From Kudoa neothunni (lineage: Eukaryota > Animalia > Cnidaria), in contig OZ199840.1 of the NCBI GenBank assembly GCA_964304625.1, positions 9,803,315 to 9,867,314 of the forward strand: DNA of 64,000 nucleotides, written 5' to 3'. This document shows positions 41,126 to 52,303 of the stretch, in pieces. The notes under the pieces are model-generated. The model saw only the letters and a program-made list of their open reading frames with translations, had not been told where the DNA came from and did no database searches. Both the position numbers and the translations under genes were made by a program. Each line of letters starts with the position of its first letter. The stretch's first letter is position 1.

Positions 41126-44107
41126 TTATTTCAACTTCCAAAAAGCGAAAATGTATACCAACCTAAATATGTGTAATTAGAAAGTATTAGTCATTACTTA
41201 TCTAATGATTTACAGCGCTATTATTGCGACCCCAAAAACTGAGAATATAGTAATTATCAAGTATCCTAAGCAGAGCAATTTAGATAATTGTTATTATTCG
41301 ACGATTACTTTTAGCAGTTAATCCCATGAGTCTTTCCGTAATAAAAACATTTCTAAAAAATATCATTATATTTTTAGAAAAATTATCAAATTTTATTTAT
41401 ACAATATTAAATTAATTTTTATATAATACAATAAATGAAATTACGAGTTAATAAATATAGAAGGAACGAATTTTTCATTTTTGATGACCATAAAATCTTC
41501 TGGGCTAATAAAAATTATAGAAAAAAACTAATTATTGTCACTACATAACAAAATATGCACAACGTCCTTCTTTGTTGCAATACTGTTATATTGTTTAGTA
41601 AAGTTTTCGCAAATTAAAAGATTACTTGATTTTTCCCACACACAACGTTGTTGCAAGAAGTAAAATTTTTGTATTCGGGCTCGCATACTCCCATTACACA
41701 AAACTAAATATAGCCGAATTCACATTGATTAAATTAACATCATTACTATTCCTTTAGGACATTTTATATTTCTACAATTATTTCTATTTAAGTCCGCATC
41801 AGTGCATTTGTTATTGAGACACATCTAATAGATAAAAATTTTATTTAGAATAAATCGACAAAAAATGTTACTTTATTTTCACCACACTTATGGCCGTTTG
41901 GAATTAATCCAAAAATAGATGCAGAAACATTTTTTACATCAACTCTATAATTGGATTAAATTTTTATTAATTTTTTTATTATTACACGCACGATTCATCC
42001 TCTTTCGTAGTTCTGTAACCAAATCCGCTCCATTTAGTTTCATTGTTCGCTAAGCAGGAAAGGACGCCACAATATGATCGTCTAATAAAGTTAATTAATA
42101 TTAAATAAGAATCTTATTCTACTCAGTTCTTTCATTATATGGAGTTAGATCGTAACTGCCTCTCCTGTCCGTTAGTTCGTTACACTTTGTTTCGTGAGTA
42201 ATTTTCACTATGAGTCCGGTTAATGTTCCAAAAAAAACATCGTAACAAATGCACATACTAGAATTATGTTGGATTTTACATTGTTGGTTCGCATTTGGAC
42301 ATATTCCATTAGCACAATATGCCTGAAAATAATATATAAAAAAACTCTGAATTATAGTTGTCTACTAACATTGTTAGAGCGACAAGGTGTTCCATCTGGC
42401 TTGGCAACTGTCATCGGGCACTAAATAAATTTTCTTTTATATTACGTATCGCATATACATATATGCACATATGGACTATTTCCCAAACATTGTATTTCAA
42501 AATTGCATTCATCAGCTCTACGACACACATGATTTCTTTTAAACTAGATAATAATTATCACAGTTTATCGACAACAAAATCCATCATAACATAAATATGG
42601 TTACTTTGCAGGAAGAACAACACTCACCTGCGGAGCACTCTGCTCCAGGTTTAAGTTTGCATGTTGTCATGTCGCAGCATTTGAATTCACCATTGTTGAC
42701 ACAATTAGCCTCAAACCCACAGTCGCACTCCTCGCCTGGGTCTATCATGCCGTTTCCACACACTTGTAATACAGGATGGTTGACGTTGTTCTAGGAAATA
42801 TTTGATGGAATTATTTATTAAATTACCAATCCATAACATATATTTAATCACAAGTAGAAAGTCATTTTCATGATATTTCTCAAGGTGTTTATTTATCATT
42901 TCGAAGCTCTTTTCACTAAATGCTGTTGGATATGGCAAGTTTATTGGCCTAAAACCTCAATAAATGACACAACTCATTTCATTAATATATACCATGGGCC
43001 ATACACAGAACGCATAATACATCCGTATAGTTCATCGAGACATTTGCTCTCTAAAAATATTATTATTTATGTTTATTACATCCATATTTCTTCACTAATT
43101 TTAAAGCTTTAACTTACCTAATTTTTCAACATGTGAGCAACCCATTAGGTGGCCTAATTCATGAGAGAATGTTCTATGATCCATTTGCCGGTCATATTGT
43201 TCACCTCGTAATATCTGTTTGCAGGGTGAGTCCATTATACAACAATTGACATTAAACCTTAACAAGGGATACACCGAATGCTGGAAGTGTATTGGGATAA
43301 TATCTTGATAAGCCAACATTTGTCGTGCTTTCCCAATAATCTCGATAACTAGGTTCAAAATTTTCTACTGACTTACACCGAAACAAATTACACGAACATT
43401 AAATGATATCCACTATTGATTGAGGATTTTTCAATGAAATTTAGAAAGTCACGGGCCATCATTACCAAGTTACGGCCCTTTTCCTCGAAAGGGGTCCAAT
43501 CGAATGACTTTGCTATTATTTTTATGTTGTGCCATGCAAAAGACTATATTTTCGTTTAAAATAATTGATTATCATAAAAAGCGATAAATACCTGCATTGA
43601 TCTTACTACCGTGTCTCTCATATAGGTGGGTCTTTTATCATTAATTATAAGCTAGAGCATTTGATAAAAGAAAATAGACCATGTTGGTACCGTGCTCAAA
43701 CCTTTATATATGTTTATATGAACGTATCGAGGTTTATCCATTCTTTTAATGTATCTAATATTTGAAGGCAACTAAAATACGTAATAATTTATATGTTCAG
43801 CCAACTATTCACTTGATATTTGTTGGTAGCATCTACAGTAAAAATTAAGTTCAAATTCAGAATTTATTAGGGAAGTAAAAAATTAAGAAACCTTTTTTAG
43901 TTATTGAAATAAGAAAAATAAAATTTATAATGTTAGATAACATTATAATACAAACGTTTTCTTATTCGTTAAAGTCTTTCTCAGTAGTTAATCCGAAAAT
44001 CATGGGTTTACCTTAACTGTCCTACAATCAGATCAATATATTTTTGTGGTTTTACCGATAAAAAATATAGTGAAATGAAATTGATAATAATTCCAACATA
44101 AGCATTG
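41126..44107 (-). CDS. ADAM-family metalloprotease-disintegrin, multi-exon, membrane-anchored (5' end uncertain)
   Basis: Zinc motif [11 protein letters not shown] (43131-43163), CIM Met-turn, disintegrin [16 protein letters not shown]...[25 protein letters not shown], Cys-rich region [14 protein letters not shown], and [31 protein letters not shown] followed by WKLK*. The first exons could not be joined cleanly. Confidence 0.88.
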
Positions 44108-45498
44108 TATATTATATTTATTGCTAAAATAACTATATGAAAATATTTAATAATTTTGTTAACATTATAAAGAGTCTTTTATGGGAAACTGACAAAATAA
44201 TCTTATTTATGAAATTTTTAGGAAAAGATCAAGGTATTTCTTCTGAGTATTCTTGGATATTTCAGAATTACTTAGACAAACAATAATTAGTTAGTCCTAA
44301 ATTACGACTAAAATCCCCTAATTTTGTATTATTTTGCTGATATAACTTATTCTATAATAATTGTTAATGGATGTTGTGTTTATTAGTCTTATATTTTTCG
44401 TTAGAAATGCAACTTCACACATTCATCACAAATTTGGTCGTGGTAATAGGATAGAGGCTATTTTAACGATAGATATTATTCGGGCGACACCTGTTTTGAT
44501 TGTATTAATTTGTCACATATAAAAGCGAAGAGATGAGCTAGAATCAATGGTTAAAATGTAGAATAATGGTTGTAATCCAAAGGAAGTGGCTATTGACAAG
44601 GATCACAATGTCCAAGTAGGTATAGTTTTGACTGTATTTTATTATTTTTGGCCCACCACTAACCACTAACGCTCCTAGGGGCAAAAAATAATTAAATACA
44701 GCAGATTCTAAACAATGGACTTCATAAATCGACCATAAATAGAAGTTAGTGGGATTAAAAGCTTCCGTGTCAATCTCCAGTGCCTAATACAAATCAGCGA
44801 TCACGATAAAAATCGAACCTGTTGGTTATTTTATTTTTTTGTATTTGTTATCGATAACAGTTGCTGTTATCTATCATATAAATAAGTGCTAGCCTCTCGC
44901 AGTTATTTCCACAAGCCATACCATTTAATTGATCGAGTAAAGCATGCTTTATTTATCCTAAAATTTTAATGTGACAACTATGATTTTTTATCAATTGTCG
45001 TATTTCATTATTAGCGATTTCCTATTATTAATTCTGTCTATAATAATCAGAAATTCATATTTCCTGCGAGCATTAGATGTTGAATTGTATCAAATGCTTA
45101 ACGTTAATATCAAAAATAATTTATTATAATTAATCAACTCCTCCTTACCATTAAATGTTCAACATATTTCATGCTAATTCGTTATAAAAATTCAGGATCA
45201 ATCTACGAACCAATTATAGGTAGCAGGTTCTGTAAAATTTAATCGATATAAAGCTTATGATTAGGAGTTCATGGGATTACAAATTTTCATTGAACTGGTG
45301 TGCATGCCGTTTGAATTTTAATTTTTATTCAAATAGGCATATGCCTAATAATAATGTTTGATTTTTAAAAATCCAGTCAAATTGAACTTGATCCTATGTT
45401 ATACTTACTTAATCGGATTCAACGTGCTATTTAATAAGCAAACTCTAAGTATTTATTATCCTCATCAAATCTACTTCTTAATAAAATTTAACACTTGT

Positions 45499-45502
<4 letters not shown>

Positions 45503-45537
<35 letters not shown>
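45503..45537. repeat. (TA)n microsatellite
   Basis: Direct reading; a shorter one lies at ~22548-22570. Confidence 0.9.
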
Positions 45538-45542
<5 letters not shown>

Positions 45543-46506
45543 TTTAAATATTCCATAAAATTGTGAATTAATAAACAAAATTGAATATTTTGGCTTAGTT
45601 ATTATTTTTTTTATTAAAGAGACTTAACAAATGTATTGTTTTGCATTCCCTCAATTTTCGCGATTTTCGTAGAACCCCGTCATTTTGATTTAACGAGGCT
45701 CCCATATGCTCAATTATGTATTTACTTATTCAGTAAATCAATTCATTTCAATAATTTGTTCGAATAGACTGATGTTAGAGCTAGAAATGACATTAATAAC
45801 GATCCACAGGCAGGGTTGCCACGAAACGTACCAAAACGGTACGTTTTCTCCCTAAATAAAGGTATTGATACTTTAAATATGTCTTCGAAGCAAGTTGGCA
45901 CGTTTTAGATCAATGAGTTTGAGATAAAATTATTATAAATGCATGCCACATGATGAGATAATGTGTTAGAAGATTTGGCACAAATATCCACTAATATCGC
46001 CCAAATCTTCAAAATGAACATAACGAATTACAAATTTTATTTAACATTGAGTGTCAGAAAATAATGTACCTGCTGCATAAGATAGCTGTCTCTTGAGAAA
46101 GTTATTCGGAAAATATTGGAAGAATGCACAGTTCTCACAACATTTCCCAAGTTTGGACCATAAGAAAACCAGGGTAAAACTTCACCTAAAATATTTGCAC
46201 CTATATTTAAACCAATAAATAAAATATACTGTGCCGTTTTTATTTTTTCCCCACATTCAATGAATTCAACGTTGAATTACGAGATAAGAGTTCATAAACT
46301 AAGGAGTTTTGTTGTAAATAGTATTAATGCTCTAACACTTTTGGGGTGTAATATATCCCAAAACGATATTAGTATTATTATTATTGGCATATCTTCCTTA
46401 TTAGTTTTGTCCGCGACCTTACATTCTCACTATTCCTTAACTTTATGTTACTCTTTAAATTTTATTTAAAAAAATTTGTAATAAACTAAAGTTTAAATAA
46501 AAAATA

Positions 46507-48581
46507 CCCTCCAACACCTTTGGGGTGAAAAACACCCCAGATTTTTTTCGGCTTAAATAATAGGAATAAATATATTTATTACGGATGTGTAATACTAATG
46601 ACATAAAACCTATAATTATTCCAAAATCTTGAGGTTTTTAAAGTAATTACATGAATTCACCCGCGACGTGGTTATCTAATATAATAAATGCGCTCTCCTT
46701 AAAATTTGATAGTGTTGAAATGAGCGGTCTTAGTGAGTATAATGACGATTTATGTTCATCCGGCAGCGAATTCGAGGATCAAATTTCAGAAGAATATAAA
46801 ATTAGTGATGATGAAGCTGAAGCTGAAATTCCGGAAGCACACAGCAACGTGTTAACAAGCAAACGCAGAATTACATGAAGCCTATCCAAACCACCTACAA
46901 CTAAAACATGCCAAGAAAACATTATGAATTCTTTACTCGGAGCTACAGCTTATACGACATCCAAAATACTATACCTGCTAGATTGTCTCTTGTTTTTCAA
47001 TAATGATATATGACATCAAATTATTTCATTCACCAACATGTTTGGAGTACACCGTTTTAAAGAAAACTGGATTAACTTAGATCTTGTGGAATTTAAAGGT
47101 TACCCTGGTCTTCTCCTATTAATGGCTACACATAAAGACCGACAAGAGCCTTTATGCGAGCTCTTCAGCGTAAAAGGAGGAAAGGAGATATACAGAAAGC
47201 TTTTTTCATTCTATCGATTCACTCAAATCGCTCGGGCACTCCATTATGGTGATTTTAATACACGACTGGAACGAAAAAAAGTTGACAAATTTTGCCCCTT
47301 CTGTGATGTATGAAGTCAATGGATTGATTTATTACCAAGATGTAACCGTAGACGAGAAACTAGTTTCGTTCAAGGGGAAGTGCTTATTTCGACAGTACAT
47401 GCCGATTAAATCGACAAAGTATGGCCTGAAGTTTTTTTTATTAGCCGATCCAGTGGCAAACCATGTCTGTAACATCAATATATATCTCGGGTGAAATAAC
47501 TACGAAACCATTCGACAATGCGGATTGGGTGGAAGTGTTGTTCTTTCACTGTCAACATCACTATTCGATTCAGGTAGGAATGTTGTAGCAGACAATTTTT
47601 TTTCGTCATCCTCCATTGCGAAAAATTTTTTCAGAAAAAGCTTACGTTCTTGGGAACAGTTCGGAAAACCAAAAAGAAGATACCTCCTTATTTTCTTCCC
47701 TCAAGAAAAATGACCTTCTACAGTAGTACTTTTGTGTATTACGGAAAATTCATGCTGACTGACGTCTTATGTTTGTAATAAGTCAGAAGCGGGAACTCTG
47801 TTGACGAGTGGTACTGTTGATGATTCTGTTAGCGACGAGTTAACTAAGTGCAAGCTCCAAGTGATTCTAAATTATAACTAAACGAAAGGGAGAATCGATA
47901 ACGTCGATAGGATGTTAGCGTCGGTTTCTGTACGCAGATTCACAAGAAGATGGCCTCTAATAATGTTTTTTAACATGGTGGATTTATCTCTAATCGACGC
48001 ATTTGCATTATTTAAGGTTATTCTTAATGATAGCACCACAAATAGGTGTAATTTTTTGAGGCAGATGGCAGAATAACTTTACATTCCCTTATTGACACAA
48101 AATTCGTCCGAAAATAATGTCATCCAGAAAACATCTAAGAAAATTCTCTCCCCGAAAAAGAATCCACCTATGAACTCCAAACAATACAGATGTGAGTACT
48201 GTAAGCGAAGTAAAGATAAAAAAAATAAATGGTGCCAGAGATGCTACAGATATTATTGTTTAGATCACTCCTCAATTAATTGTTTTGGTTGCAATAAATA
48301 AAAATATTTTTTGTTACATTTTCATTAATACGTGTATCAAGTTAATTATTTTTGCAAAAATCTATTTATAAACATTAAGTTGACTGATAATATCCAACGG
48401 TATTTTACGAACACTTGTCGATGTTATTACGAAAAGATCTAATGCTTGAAACTAACACATATTTTCCTCCGTTCTCTTCCGGTGATTTTTGTATTATTCC
48501 AAAATTATGATCATTCGATTTATCTAAGTATTGTCGTACAATAAAAATGTGGTTGTTTTACACCCCAAAAGTGTTCGAGGG
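46507..48581 (+). mobile_element. Full-length but decayed piggyBac transposon
   Basis: TIRs CCCTCCAACACCTTTGGGGTG / CCCTCGAACACTTTTGGGGTG. Transposase remnants VTVDEKLVSFKGKCLFRQYMPIKSTKYGLKF, GRNVVADNFFSS, TKGRIDNVD, RRWPLIMFFNMVD and a C-terminal Cys-rich finger. Confidence 0.93.
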
Positions 48582-49650
48582 GTAATGGTATGCTTAACGG
48601 CCACTAAAATTCGTTGTGATGCTATGTTTATTTTTAATTATTTTTTTCACAGTTATATAATTATTTTAAAAGTTGAAGCATACAAAATTTTTTCACAAAT
48701 TTTCATTTCTAGCTTTTGACAATTCTTTGCACTTATCCTCACGTTGTTATTATAATCCACCACATGATTTCCTTCTATTTATTGTTTTACTCATATTTAA
48801 TGACTTCTAATGAGTTATTAGTTAATATTACTTTGTATAATATTATTATTATTTATTGAAGGCCACTGAATCATTTATAAATATCAAACAACAGTAATTA
48901 GAGTTGGCGTTAATTTAATAAGGAAAAATGGTACAGTGGAGATTATATAAACTTTTTTAAGAAAATTTAGGGATGGAATAACTTGGTTACAACTACTTTA
49001 GTTTATACATTTTTTTCATATGATTTTCTATAAGAAAATTAGCATGTATTTTATTTTTATTTTTTAAAAGTTAACGATGACTTTTGCGTATCATTATTTT
49101 CCATTCTTTTAGGTTAAATGATATTAGTTGTTTTTTTTAATTGAGAGATAAATATATACTACAAATCAAAATTATTCTAGGATAGATATGACATTTGTAT
49201 GGAAAACGTTTAAAGAATATCTATCTAATTATATTTTAGTAATAAGTTCTATGCATACTTTAATATATTTTTATTGTCGAGCAATTTTCAGTAATTTACA
49301 AAATGCGTTTTTATTCTGACACCAACATTTTGTAATATGGATTAGAGATTTCAAGCTTGATTCGGGGTTGGATCTTTTTCATATCATTTATTTATTATAA
49401 TATAGTTCATCGTAATAATTATATTTTATGGACTTATTTTATTTTGGAACACAAACATGAAATACATTAAACTCTAACTGTTGTCATAAATGTGACCTTT
49501 ATTTCTTTTATTTTTCTAGGATATCCATAATTTTTAGAATATTTGAACTCGGAATTATTTTAATCAAGATATTATCATAAACGTAATTGCTTATTCATGC
49601 GCCAATAAAAAAAATAGAATTTTATTCCGTCGGATAATATTTATTAATAA

Positions 49651-51387
49651 CTAGCGCTTATGCCCAGCTTTACCTGATACTGTGTTACTGTGTGATGGAA
49701 AATTTTAACTTTTAATTCTATTTTTCTATTTTAATTTAGGCATTTTAAAGCTTGTCATTATTTTCGCATTGTGATGATTTAGATAAACGAAATTATGCGC
49801 ATACTTTCCATTCAAATATAAATAGAGGTATGGCGAGAAATTAATGAGTAAATTAAGTTTATTTTACAAATTATTGGCTAGAAGTATGATGACCTTAATT
49901 CTAAGAGAAATATAATCAGCGATTAAAGTTCAATTATTTATGAAACAAAATCATTAAGTAACTTAAATAGTATTTTCAGTTCTTTTCTAAATTTTTCATT
50001 AAAAATTAATTCACTTAGTTATAAAATTTATTATTAGTCTACAAACGATAAAAAAATGACATCAACCTAAGATGCGTCAGAAATAAAAATATTAATTGTT
50101 ACTCCTTTTTTCGCAATTTTATAATGATGCCAATGATGTTTTAAAAAGCTGTAAGCGGTAACTTAAGTAGTCATTATTGTAATGAAATTTCCCGATTGAT
50201 AAATAAATCCAACTTTGCTTTTTATCAAGAATAATTACTGGTTCAAAAATATACACATTTAATTAATAAAACATGATTAAATCTAAATGTAAAGGTGTTT
50301 TTGGTTTGAAAATTACAGTAATGCTAAAATATTTAAATATCAACTGGTTTTCTTGAAGGAATGCACCCTTTTTAAAAATTAACGTATTGTTTGATTGCCC
50401 TAAAAAAATTTCTTCCTATTGAACTATTCTAAGATTAACGAAAACTTTGTGAAAATATCGGTTAGATCGAATAGACCAATAATTTCTTGTTAATTATATG
50501 TCACCTATTGAGACGGAACTGTATTTTTATGCAGCTTTTATATCATAATGAATTAATGCGAGCCTAAAGAAAACAGTATATTGATTTTATTATTAACCTT
50601 AAGGTTTGGGGATAGGGAATAATTAGGTAACTAAGAACTTAAACATTCTTTAAAAAATTGTCTCATCAAATATAGAAACTTATCGAAAAGACGAATATAA
50701 TTTCAATCTCAATCTCAATCGATATATTTTATAAAAAGAAATTTTCATTTAAGAATTTATCACAAAAATTTAATTATATGAATACTCTACACACATCTCA
50801 TATCGGTGTTAGAATGTGTATAGAGACCCAAATTATTCCAACATAGGAACAACTTTAATCTCGAATTATGTGTTTTAATTAAATTGATCATAATCATTTT
50901 CGCTTAACTATATCCATAACGCTTGAAAAATGAAAATAAATCCTAAATAATTTGGTTATTTTTCAAATTTTAAAGAAAATGCAACAACTCTTGTAAATGT
51001 GGTGTTAATGGTTTTATCTGTCTTAAAATTATTCCAAATAGGCATATGTAACATTTTTGAAACATTATATATCATAATTGCAGATTCTCTTTGTATGCAG
51101 TGAATAAAAGTTTATTCTAATTGAGTATCACTCTGAAGTAAACAAACATCAATATCATTACTATCATGTGAGTACCTTTTAATCTGTAAATTGATGTAAA
51201 TCTCCAGAAAATTCCTTAATTCTGATAACGATATTGATTATATTTGTACTAATAAGTAAATGAACGATTTTTATTAATGGTATCATTCATTCAAATGCGA
51301 ACTAAATGTTTTATTTAAAAAAAGTTTCTCTCGCGTACATGTGCACTTGTGGACACAGACAGACACAGGATTTTATATATATATAGA
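49651..51387 (-). mobile_element. Non-autonomous Helitron
   Basis: On the minus strand: 5' A|TCTATATATATAAAATCCTGTGTCTGTCTGTGTCC and 3' caggtaaagctgggcataagcgCTAG|T. Confidence 0.6.
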
Positions 51388-52303
51388 TAGATAACAATCA
51401 AATTCTATGCATAGGTAACTAATAAAATATTTATATTCTTACCTCCAATAACAATAAGATTCGTGTACTTAAAGTTTATTCCTGCCATCAAATCACATTA
51501 TTTTAACTAATATAAATTATTTCGGATAAATAATAATTTAAGGTATTATTATATAATAAAACACACTTCATTATTTTTTTATCTCGCTTTAACTATTGAT
51601 TACTAAATATGTTATGTATTTAATACCAATTAAAATATCTTTAATATTAAATATATTTACTTTTACAATATGTTGACTTTGGAATTGAAAAACTATAATA
51701 ATTTTACTAATAATTATTGAAAACAATTATATTAATAATTTAAGAGACGAAGAAAATATTAAATAAAACTTTCTTAAGTCGATACTTATAAACTTGGTCT
51801 TATAATAAGTCTAGTTAACATAATAAATTACACAACAAAAACTGTAACCAATTCATTATTTTATTATATTAAATATAATAAGGTTAATCTTCAAATTTTC
51901 AAAATATTTCCATCTAGCTGCACAAATAAACCTTATGAATGTTTATTAAAAAGATTTAAACTGTTAATCATTAATAAAAGATGGCTAAGTACATATTTAT
52001 TGGCAATAAACTTGTAATTTTTTACTTATTTTTATAATATTTCATCACGATTAATATTATAATAACACTTGAAAGTATTAATTAGGCTAGTATAAAATAT
52101 TAAATGGAGTATTAATTAAAATGATTAACGATGAGCGATAAACTAAACTTTTAAGTAAACATAAATAGGAAGACTTGGAATTAGTTTTTATAGAAATATT
52201 GGATAAGATAAATAATTATAAAATATTCATTTATATTGGTAATGAACCATGATAAATAATATTATTCTTTATCTACTAATAAAATGAATATTTGTATCAT
52301 TTT

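Noticed and set aside
45811-46210. hAT-like terminus CAGGGTTGCCA and possible transposase remnant
   Set aside because: No matching opposite terminus or convincing catalytic motifs found.
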